Source: Candidatus Krumholzibacteriota bacterium
GTDB taxonomy: Bacteria; Krumholzibacteriota; Krumholzibacteriia; LZORAL124-64-63
DNA length: 32,494 nucleotides
NCBI GenBank assembly: GCA_039714075.1
Contig: JBDLKA010000033.1
Coordinates: 1 to 32,494 of the forward strand
Reading direction: 5' to 3'
A program made the position numbers and the translations under genes. Shown piece by piece: positions 8,613 to 16,356 of this stretch. How positions within the stretch are numbered: position 1 is the stretch's first letter; the number at the start of each line of letters is the position of its first letter. A model generated the notes under the pieces. That model was not told where the DNA came from, did no database searches, and saw nothing but the letters and a program-made list of their open reading frames with translations.

Positions 8613-10709
8613 TTGATAAAGGCCATTCATATTGTTCTTTTGCTTGTTATTTGCCTGACGACGGGATCCGCCCTGCCCGCCGCCGGCCAATCCCTGCACC
8701 ACTACCTGGACCCCGTGACCGGCCGGCTTGCCAGCGGTGACGGCCAGTTGGGCCGACCCGGCGAGGAGTTTCCCGAACCCCTGAAAGCCGAAGTCCGCGG
8801 CCCGGACGGACGGCCCGCCGGCGGGGTGACCGTCCAGTTCGATCTGATGTCCCCCGGCGCCCACTACCTGGGCCAGGCCGTGACCGACAGTCTCGGCCGG
8901 GTCTCATTTCCCGTTACGGCGACCAGCAAAGCCCGACCTCATTCGGTGGTCGCCAGCATCGAGGGCGGGCAGCCGGGTCAGGACAGGATCGTCTACAACC
9001 TCCAAGTCAGGACGGGAAGCTGGGTGCTGTTCCTGATCTTCGGTCTCGCCGGCGGGCTCAGCCTGTTCCTGTTCGGCATGAACATGATGAGCAAGTCGCT
9101 GCAGCGCAGCGCCGGCGGCCGCATGCGCGCCATCCTCAGCGCGTTGACGGTCAACCGGTTCGTGGGCGTGGCCGTCGGGGCCTTCGTCACCATGGTCATC
9201 CAGAGTTCCAGCGCCACGACCGTGATGCTCGTCAGTTTCGTGCAGGCCCAGCTGATGACTTTCGGCCAGACCCTGGGCGTGATCCTGGGCGCGGATATCG
9301 GCACCACGGTGACCGCCCAGCTCATCGCCTTCAAGCTGACCGACTACGCGCTGCTGATGATCGCCGTCGGCTTCCTGCTCCGGTACACGGCCATAAGGCC
9401 CACCTGGAAAAACACGGGCGAGGTGATCCTCGGTTTCGGACTGCTGTTCTTCGGCATGTACGTGATGACCGAAGCCATGTACCCCCTGCGCAGCTATCAG
9501 CCGTTCCTTCATCTGCTGACCGGCCTTGAAAACCCCTGGCTCGGCATCCTGGTCGGCACGGTCTTCACCGCCCTGATCCAGAGCAGCAGCGCCTTCACCG
9601 GCATCGTCATCGTCCTGGCCCAACAGGGTTTCCTGACCCTCGACGCGGGCATTCCCTTGATTTTCGGGGCCAATATCGGGACCTGCATCACCGCCGCCCT
9701 GGCGGCCATCGGCACCACCCGTGAAGCCGCCCGCGTCGCCCTGGCCCACACCCTGTTCAAGGTGCTCGGAGTGCTGATCATGGTCTGGTGGATCCCGTCC
9801 CTGGCCGACCTGGTCCGCGACATCTCCCCCGGACCGGACACCGTCGACGCCAGCCAGGCGGTCATGGCCCGGGTCGTTCCGCGCCAGGTCGCCAACGCCC
9901 ACACCGTGTTCAACGTGGGGCTGGCCCTGCTCTTCCTGCCTTTCACGGGATTGATGGCGCGATTGGCGGTTTTCCTTCTGCCGGACCGGCCGGAACCCGC
10001 CCGCGAATGGTTCTACAAGGCCCGCCACCTGGATGCCGACATGATGGGTGCCCCCTCGCTGGCCCTGAACCTGGCCAAGGTCGAGATCCTTCGTCTGGGC
10101 GAAAAGGTCAAGTCGATGGCCATCGACAGCCTGGAACCGTTCCTCGACCACAACCTCGACGCCCTGGACCACCTGCACCGCGAGGAAAACAAGGTGGACG
10201 CCCTGGACGAGCAGATCACCGATTACCTGGTGGACATCGGCAAGCAGGAGCTGAGCGAAGAGCAGACCCGCGAAGTCTACATGATGCTGCACGTCACCAA
10301 GCAGTTCGAGCACATCGCCGACATCATTGACAAGCAGATCCGCCCCCTGGCCCTGAAGATGGTGGAGAACAACGCGGAGTTCAGCGAGACCGGGCAGTCC
10401 GAGGTGCAGTCCTATCATCTGAAAATGTGCAAGCAGATCAGCCGCGCCCTGGAAGCCTTCCGGGACGGCAGCCTGGAACTGGCCCAAAGGATGAGTGACA
10501 AGCAGAGAAACTACGTGGCCCTGGAAGAGGACTACCGGCAGGCCCATTTCCAGCGCATCCACCAGGCCGTGACCGAATCGGTGGCCACCAGCGAGATCCA
10601 TCTCGAACTGATGGACAGCTACCGGCGCATCAGCAGCTACAGCACCAACGTGGGCCGGGCCATCATGAGGAAGGACCGGTTCGGGAATCCCGATTACGAA
10701 GAGGGCTGA
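8613..10709 (+). CDS. Na+/phosphate cotransporter (NptA/SLC34-like) with signal peptide, N-terminal Ig-like (Big_1-type) domain and C-terminal PhoU-like domains
   Basis: Two QSSS repeats (IQSSSATT, IQSSSAFT), GADIGTT and GANIGTC, and a PhoU-like tail (EENKVDALDEQI, FEHIAD). Start reassigned to TTG 8613 behind AAGAGG, giving a signal peptide. Confidence 0.88.
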   Translation: MIKAIHIVLLLVICLTTGSALPAAGQSLHHYLDPVTGRLASGDGQLGRPGEEFPEPLKAEVRGPDGRPAGGVTVQFDLMSPGAHYLGQAVTDSLGRVSFPVTATSKARPHSVVASIEGGQPGQDRIVYNLQVRTGSWVLFLIFGLAGGLSLFLFGMNMMSKSLQRSAGGRMRAILSALTVNRFVGVAVGAFVTMVIQSSSATTVMLVSFVQAQLMTFGQTLGVILGADIGTTVTAQLIAFKLTDYALLMIAVGFLLRYTAIRPTWKNTGEVILGFGLLFFGMYVMTEAMYPLRSYQPFLHLLTGLENPWLGILVGTVFTALIQSSSAFTGIVIVLAQQGFLTLDAGIPLIFGANIGTCITAALAAIGTTREAARVALAHTLFKVLGVLIMVWWIPSLADLVRDISPGPDTVDASQAVMARVVPRQVANAHTVFNVGLALLFLPFTGLMARLAVFLLPDRPEPAREWFYKARHLDADMMGAPSLALNLAKVEILRLGEKVKSMAIDSLEPFLDHNLDALDHLHREENKVDALDEQITDYLVDIGKQELSEEQTREVYMMLHVTKQFEHIADIIDKQIRPLALKMVENNAEFSETGQSEVQSYHLKMCKQISRALEAFRDGSLELAQRMSDKQRNYVALEEDYRQAHFQRIHQAVTESVATSEIHLELMDSYRRISSYSTNVGRAIMRKDRFGNPDYEEG

Positions 10710-11282
10710 TCACTGGAGGAGCTCCCGGATCCCCGCCAGGGTCCGGTGGAACACCTGCCCATCGAATTCCTGCACGGCAACCTGGATCCGCCGGGTGCCC
10801 AGCGCGTCGAACACCACGATGCTCAAGCGGTCTTCCGCCAGGTCGTAGGCTTTACGGAACTCGCCGTCCCAGTCCATCAGGACCCACTCATCCGGGCTTT
10901 CGGAAAACTTGTTCCGGATGGTTCCCTTCATGAAGAAAGGCGCGCCCTCGAGATGGGCGTGCGGGAGGAATTTTACCCGGTAGCATTTCAATTCGGCCGT
11001 CAGCGAGTCCGTAAGGACCGGAGACCACTCCTCCCGGAAGGAGTTCCCTTTCCTGTCGCCGCTGATGAGCACGACGACGGAATTCCTGAAATAGCCGCTG
11101 GTGCGAAGCTTCCCCCGCTGGTCTTCGATGCAAAAATCGATCAGGGACAACGGTTCGTGCACCAGGTCGGTTTCCTCCGCCGCAGAAACGGTTTCCCCCA
11201 TTCCGGCAAACAGCAGGACAACCACCAGCGTCTGCAGGACGAAGCGGGTCGCCGAATGAAGTCCGGGACCGGTGAATCTCAT
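10710..11282 (-). CDS. Exported hypothetical protein, possibly thioredoxin-like fold without CxxC (YtfJ/ATP10-like)
   Basis: Signal-like N-terminus. DFCIEDQRGK, VLMDWDGEFRKAY and IVVFDALG resemble the redoxin-fold pattern. ATGA overlap with the nitroreductase stop. Confidence 0.55.
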   Translation of the reverse strand: MRFTGPGLHSATRFVLQTLVVVLLFAGMGETVSAAEETDLVHEPLSLIDFCIEDQRGKLRTSGYFRNSVVVLISGDRKGNSFREEWSPVLTDSLTAELKCYRVKFLPHAHLEGAPFFMKGTIRNKFSESPDEWVLMDWDGEFRKAYDLAEDRLSIVVFDALGTRRIQVAVQEFDGQVFHRTLAGIRELLQ

Positions 11283-11884
11283 CGGAACCCGTCACGGAAA
11301 ACAACATCGTCCAGGGGAAGCTGGCCGGAACGGGCACGGGCGGGTTCCAGGGCCTTGCCGACGGTGACGGCCATGATGATGTCGTGATCGGCCGGCAGGT
11401 TGATGATCTCGGCCACGGCTTCGAAATCGAACCCGACCATGGGGCAGGTGTCATATCCCATGGCCTTGGCGGCCAGCATCAGGGTCTGCCCCGCCAGCCC
11501 ACCCGAGCGGAAGTTTTCGTCCCTGCGCAAATCTTCGCTGGAACCGTAGACACCCCTGATCATGGGCACGACTGCTTCCCGCGCCTCGGCGGGTGCATCC
11601 GCCCAGTAGCGTTCCGGCTCCTGATCGTAGGCGTTGCGGTCTCCACAGATCACCACGGTCATGCTGCTGTCGGTGAACTGGGCCTGGTCGTACCCCTTTT
11701 CCCGCACCCGGCGTTTCACCTCCTGATCGGTGATCAGCACGAAGCGCCAATTCTGGATGTTGAAGGAAGTGGGCGTCAGGAGGACCGTTTCCATCAGACG
11801 GTTGATCTCGTCCGGGGTCATCTCATGCCTGGGATCGTATTTCTTTACGGACCGACGGGCCGCGATCGTTTCAAAGGTGTCCAT
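11279..11884 (-). CDS. Nitroreductase family protein
   Basis: RRSVKKY, TPTSFNIQNWRF and LMLAAKAMGYDTCPMVGFD. GGAGGAG RBS. Confidence 0.92.
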   Translation of the reverse strand: MDTFETIAARRSVKKYDPRHEMTPDEINRLMETVLLTPTSFNIQNWRFVLITDQEVKRRVREKGYDQAQFTDSSMTVVICGDRNAYDQEPERYWADAPAEAREAVVPMIRGVYGSSEDLRRDENFRSGGLAGQTLMLAAKAMGYDTCPMVGFDFEAVAEIINLPADHDIIMAVTVGKALEPARARSGQLPLDDVVFRDGFR

Positions 11885-12366
11885 GTCTCCTCCAGGGTCG
11901 AACGGTCGGGTGGTGAAGGAAAAAATTGCTCGAGGAATATAGGCTCGATCCGGGAGACCGCAACGCCGCGCGCGGAAGGATTCAGGCCTCCTTGGAAGAT
12001 CAGGAACCCTACCAGGTACATGAAAAGGTCCCAGGGATCCCCCACGGCCGCCTTCTGGATTCGAGGCAGGAAGGCTTCAAAGAAGACCCCGAAAAACACC
12101 ACCGCGGTCAGTCCGTGGGAAATTGGCAGGGTGCGCCTGCCGGGCCGTCCCGCCAACCGTCGCACCGTCAGGGCCAGACTGAGCACCAGCGGCAGGCAGA
12201 GAAGATCGTCGCCGTATCCCCGCACCCAGCCGGGAGCCGTTCCAAGCCCCTCACCGAGGCGAATCAGCACGAAGAGAATGATCAACAACGGAAGCAGGCC
12301 TCCGCCCCAGGGAATCATTCCGGCCGCACGGTTCAGGGGGAAGTGTCGGGGTGATTCCAATCCCAT
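11845..12366 (-). CDS. Small integral membrane hypothetical protein
   Basis: About four hydrophobic segments with YGDDLLCLP, FFEAFLP and GDPWDLFMY motifs. Start ATG 12366 overlaps the upstream small-ORF stop (TAATG). The 3' end overlaps the nitroreductase start by 40 bp. Confidence 0.6.
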   Translation of the reverse strand: MGLESPRHFPLNRAAGMIPWGGGLLPLLIILFVLIRLGEGLGTAPGWVRGYGDDLLCLPLVLSLALTVRRLAGRPGRRTLPISHGLTAVVFFGVFFEAFLPRIQKAAVGDPWDLFMYLVGFLIFQGGLNPSARGVAVSRIEPIFLEQFFPSPPDRSTLEETWTPLKRSRPVGP

Positions 12367-12452
12367 TACAGGGAAAGTGCCGTGATCAGGATCGCGGATC
12401 CCACGAGAACCAGGAGGGTAAGACCCCATCCCTTGACATCCCAATTCCTCAT
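12366..12452 (-). CDS. 28-aa single-pass membrane micropeptide (MRNWDVKGWGLTLLVLVGSAILITALSL)
   Basis: AGAAAGGA RBS, one hydrophobic helix, and TAATG coupling to the next gene. Below the ORF-track cutoff. Confidence 0.5.
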   Translation of the reverse strand: MRNWDVKGWGLTLLVLVGSAILITALSL

Positions 12453-12494
12453 GCCTGTTCCTTTCTTCTGAAGATCTGGTCGGGGCGCTGGAAT

Positions 12495-15305
12495 CTACTC
12501 AATATCCCCGGGAATCGCTCCCACCGAGCGGAAGAAAGCGCCCTCGCGCGTCGCGGCACGGGAATGGGCAGCAAAAACGAGCGCCTGCCGCCGGGCCTGA
12601 TCGATCCTGCCCGCCGCCAGATTCCACCACACCTGCTCCACCCACAGCCGGATCTGCATTTCGGGCGGAGCGGTTCCGGCTCGCAACCCCTCGACCGGAG
12701 GATAATAGGCCGCGGCCGTTCCAAAGCGGTCGGCCGCTTCGCCGTAGCGTCCGGCCAGGGCCATCAGTTGCCCGCAGGTGGCGTGCTGGTTCGGGTCACC
12801 CACCATTGCGGAAAGCTGCTCCACCCAGCCGCCGTCGCCGTGCGCCAGAGCAGTCAGGGCGGCAGCCAGAGGTTGGCCGGACCGGGGATCGATTTCCGAC
12901 AGCCGCGCCCGGATGTTGTTTTCCAGGCGGCCGGCGTTGGCACCGCTCTCCCCCCCGGGCACCAACCCGTCCAGTTTGGCCTGCACGTACTGGCGATGGA
13001 GCAGCATGAGGTCGGGCCGCCGGGCCCCCGCGCCGCGCGAGGCGAGCCACCGCCTCTCCACCCCGGCAACGATTTCCCGCTGTCTGTCCTGCAGGTTCGA
13101 CAGGGCGACCTCGAAAGCCGCCAACCGAGCCCGGTCCGCGGCCGGGTCGACAAGTTCTCCTCCATTGACCTGGAAATTCTCCAGATGCCACCAGCTGTTG
13201 TGGTCACTTTGCCGGGAAACCGGATCCCGACTCCCCGACGCAGGCGCCACTTTCATGATGCGGTAATGCTCGTTGTCGTAGACGGGGATGAATCCCTGCA
13301 GGATTTCCGGCCGGAAATGCAGCTTCACCACATTCATGTCCATTGTCAGGGGGCCTGCGATTCCCGCCTGATAGGCGAGCGAACCGGGGCCGAGCCCGGT
13401 GGCCAAATTGCGGTTGATGAAGAGGAAGTCGGCCCCGTGTTCCCGGGCGAAGTCCCACAACACCGTTTCGTCCGTGGCGTAGAGGGCTTCCAGGTATCGG
13501 CGGTACCGGTGCCTGATGGCTGCGTTCTCGAACTGGGAATTCATGACGATGGGCCGGCCGGTATACAACAGCAGTTGGGGACTGACCCCGATTTCCCCCA
13601 GGAAAGCCGCCGGTTGTCCCGGCAGACGGGAACCCGGCCCCGGAGTGTTGGCCGTCACCCAGGAGAACATGCCGGTCCAGGACCGCCACAGCCTCTGGTC
13701 CGAGGCCCCCAGGTGCACATCCTGCCCCTGCCGCACGCTGCGCGTGATGCGAATCATGTCCCCCAGGTTTCCGCCCAGGTTCAATACGGGGCTGATCAAA
13801 AGCATTCCCGCGACCACCGGCAGGGCCCGCCCTCCCCAGGCCGGCGTCAGCCGCCGCACCAACCTCTCGGCGGCCACGGCCACCGCAATGGCGGCGAAAA
13901 CCAGGAAGACCACTCCCAGCCGTTCGATCAAAAGGTAGGCGGCCAGGAAGGCCGGGACCGTCAGCAGGAACGACCGTGCCAACGCGTCGATGCCCCGGCG
14001 GATGCCGGCCCACAGGCACCAGATCATCACCGGGACGACTACCCCCGCGTGAAAACCCAGTTTGGCCCAGATCTCCGCACCGGTTGGCGAGTTGAACGGA
14101 GGCGCCCAGAACACGCGGCTGTCGAACGGCAATTGGCCGGGGTCAACGGGCAGACGGAACCCGTGCACGAGTTTCTGGACGAAGAGTCCGAAGACATGAT
14201 TGTAGTCGCCCGTATAACCCCGGTTCAGGAATACCAGGGCTCCCAGCGCCCCGATCAGTCCGGTGAGAAGGAACAGTCGGGCGACCGGTGATCCGGCCGA
14301 CCCCTTTTGCCGCGTCGCCAAAATCGCGACAATGGTCCAGGCGTACAGAACGGACATGGGCAGGCTGATGAAGAACCCACGCGCCAGAAGCGAGGGCGTC
14401 AGGGCGGCCAGCAATCCGGCCAGGGTGTAGGCCGCGGGCATGAGCAGTTCGAAGGGATACTTCCGGTCCGGCGCCGGATCTGTTGGCACGTGCGCCGCCC
14501 AGCCCACAGCCGCGCCCAGCATGACTACCAGGACCAGGAACTGGCTCAGGTGCCAACCCGCCAGGACGGGAATCAACAGCACCGCCGCCAGGACCAACAG
14601 GGGAATGCTGCGGCGGCGCCAGCTCCAGAAGTGGACGGCCAGAAAAACCGCCAGGCACAGGAGGGCAAAATCCTCCTTCAGCAGAAGGGAGCCGGTCATG
14701 CGGACAAAACCCATGGTGCAGGTCGCGTAGAAGACCACCCCCAGAACCGCCGGGATCCGGCGGCAGCCCAGGGCGCGGGCGACCGCGTACAGGGGGAAGA
14801 AAACCAGGACATGGATCAAGGGAATCAGGCGCAGCAGGAATTCCGCGAAGGGTCGGGCCTGGTCACCGGCCAGGCGGTACAAAAAACCGTAGACCGGCTC
14901 CATGAGAAGGGCGTACTCGCGCCACGAATCGACCCCGGCGGGATGCTGCTGCCAGATGTCCCGGGCCAGGATTTCGGGATCCTGGAAATCGTCCACCGCG
15001 AACATCAAGGAGGTGCGGTAATGGAAAGCCCGTTCGCTCCAGAAATAACCGATGTGGCCCAGCTGGCTGGGCGGGCGGGCCGGAGGATCGGTCCGGCCCA
15101 GTTCGGGACCCGCCGCCACGATGGGCAACAGGGACGGGTCTCCCAGAACTTCATATTGCCGGTACAGGGAAGTGGCCACCGCGTTGATCATCTGCCAGGA
15201 CAGCACCGCGAGCAGCAGAACCGCAGCCAGGGCGGCGAGCTCGCGGCGGAATCCGGTCCAACCCGCCCGGGCCCGGGAATTTTTCCTTCCGGAAGGAAGG
15301 CCCAT
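12495..15305 (-). CDS. DPY19-like GT-C fold membrane glycosyltransferase (putative C-mannosyltransferase homologue) with extra helical C-terminal extension
   Basis: About a dozen TM segments with colinear motifs resembling DPY19: FWSERAFHY, DIWQQHP, LLKEDF, WHLSQF, DYNHVF, LIERL, FSWVTANT, AFLG, TGRPIVMNSQFENAAIR and VYDNEHYRIMKV. No WWDYG motif. Start at ATG 15305 behind AGGAG (936 aa). Confidence 0.75.
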   Translation of the reverse strand: MGLPSGRKNSRARAGWTGFRRELAALAAVLLLAVLSWQMINAVATSLYRQYEVLGDPSLLPIVAAGPELGRTDPPARPPSQLGHIGYFWSERAFHYRTSLMFAVDDFQDPEILARDIWQQHPAGVDSWREYALLMEPVYGFLYRLAGDQARPFAEFLLRLIPLIHVLVFFPLYAVARALGCRRIPAVLGVVFYATCTMGFVRMTGSLLLKEDFALLCLAVFLAVHFWSWRRRSIPLLVLAAVLLIPVLAGWHLSQFLVLVVMLGAAVGWAAHVPTDPAPDRKYPFELLMPAAYTLAGLLAALTPSLLARGFFISLPMSVLYAWTIVAILATRQKGSAGSPVARLFLLTGLIGALGALVFLNRGYTGDYNHVFGLFVQKLVHGFRLPVDPGQLPFDSRVFWAPPFNSPTGAEIWAKLGFHAGVVVPVMIWCLWAGIRRGIDALARSFLLTVPAFLAAYLLIERLGVVFLVFAAIAVAVAAERLVRRLTPAWGGRALPVVAGMLLISPVLNLGGNLGDMIRITRSVRQGQDVHLGASDQRLWRSWTGMFSWVTANTPGPGSRLPGQPAAFLGEIGVSPQLLLYTGRPIVMNSQFENAAIRHRYRRYLEALYATDETVLWDFAREHGADFLFINRNLATGLGPGSLAYQAGIAGPLTMDMNVVKLHFRPEILQGFIPVYDNEHYRIMKVAPASGSRDPVSRQSDHNSWWHLENFQVNGGELVDPAADRARLAAFEVALSNLQDRQREIVAGVERRWLASRGAGARRPDLMLLHRQYVQAKLDGLVPGGESGANAGRLENNIRARLSEIDPRSGQPLAAALTALAHGDGGWVEQLSAMVGDPNQHATCGQLMALAGRYGEAADRFGTAAAYYPPVEGLRAGTAPPEMQIRLWVEQVWWNLAAGRIDQARRQALVFAAHSRAATREGAFFRSVGAIPGDIE

Positions 15306-15435
15306 GTAACTTTTCTCCTGTAGGTACGTCATTTCATCTGGTCCCCGTGAGTGGACCACTCTAACATCGGCATCGGGTCGGGAACATCCCGAATTCGATC
15401 CCGGCCGCCTCTTTCTCCGCCTGAAAGGAAAAGCC

Positions 15436-16299
15436 ATGCCGCGCCCTTCCACCGCACGCGTCGCCGGAATACTTTTCCTGGCCCTCGTTGTCGTCATGAT
15501 GCCCGGGATTTCAGCCGGCGGCGGCCTGGGAATCCCCTCCAGCCAAAGCGGTCTGGGTTTCGGGAATTTGCCAAACTTTTCCGGTGTGCGGTTCAATCTT
15601 GTGGACCGGGACGTTGAGCGGGTGAACGGTCTGAACTTCACCTTCTGGATACCCAAAGAAAACAAATCCGCCGTTTACCAGGGTGTGTCCCTCGGGCTGG
15701 TGGGACACGAGTCGGCCCTGACCCAGGGTATTGCCCTGGGGTTGATCGGTGTCGGCAGCGGCGATATCCAGGGCGTGGCCCTGGGCGGCATCGGCGTCGG
15801 AGCCGGTAACATCCAAGGTGTGACCCTGGGCGGCATCGGCGTCGGGGCCGAGGATATCCAGGGTGTGGCCATCGGCGGCATCGGTGTCGGGGGAAATGAC
15901 ATTCAGGGCGTGGCCATCGGCGGAATCGGCGTCGGCGGAAACGACATGTCCGGGATTGGAGTCGGCGGAATCGGTGTCGGCGGGGACCAATTGACGGGAA
16001 TTTTCCTGGGCGGAGTGGGCGTCGGAGGAGACGACCTGTCCGGACTGATGGCCGGCCTCGTAGGCGTCGGCGGCGACCGCATCGAAGGAGCCGCGCTGAC
16101 CCTAGGCTACCTGAAGGGCGAGTCCCTGACCGGACTGGGCGTCGCCGGGTACAGCAACGTGCGGGAAACCACCGGCCTGAGCATCGGCATCTTCAACCGA
16201 GCCCGACGTTTGAAGGGCATCCAGATCGGGCTGTTGAACCATGCCGGCAACAATCCGCGCGGCTTGCAGTGGCTGCCGGGGATCAATGCCCACTTTTGA
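15436..16299 (+). CDS. Secreted Gly-rich repeat surface protein (LA_2272-like repeat family)
   Basis: Signal peptide, 15-aa repeats xGVxxGGIGVGxxDI, GLSIGIFN/GIQIGLLN repeats, and C-terminal LPGINAHF. AAAGGAA RBS. Confidence 0.75.
   Translation: MPRPSTARVAGILFLALVVVMMPGISAGGGLGIPSSQSGLGFGNLPNFSGVRFNLVDRDVERVNGLNFTFWIPKENKSAVYQGVSLGLVGHESALTQGIALGLIGVGSGDIQGVALGGIGVGAGNIQGVTLGGIGVGAEDIQGVAIGGIGVGGNDIQGVAIGGIGVGGNDMSGIGVGGIGVGGDQLTGIFLGGVGVGGDDLSGLMAGLVGVGGDRIEGAALTLGYLKGESLTGLGVAGYSNVRETTGLSIGIFNRARRLKGIQIGLLNHAGNNPRGLQWLPGINAHF
15724..16083 (+). repeat. About 8 tandem imperfect 45-bp coding repeats (15 aa each)
   Basis: Repeated cagggygtggccmtsggcggcatcggygtcgg units. Confidence 0.85.
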
Positions 16300-16356
16300 C
16301 CGTTAATCCTTGACGGCCAACCTAATTAATATGATTTTCAAACAGGTGATTTCTTC

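Noticed and set aside
12495..15305. STT3/PglB/AglB oligosaccharyltransferase call for the large membrane protein
   Set aside because: No WWDYG motif. The equivalent position reads AFLGEIG, and other motifs (LKEDF, WHLSQF, RPIV...FE) fit DPY19 better.
15306..15665. 120-aa N-terminal extension of the 12495..15665 ORF
   Set aside because: It overlaps the divergent gene at 15436, and a good RBS sits before ATG 15305.
15724..16083. CRISPR-like array
   Set aside because: The units are contiguous, in-frame 45-bp coding repeats with no unique spacers and no cas genes.
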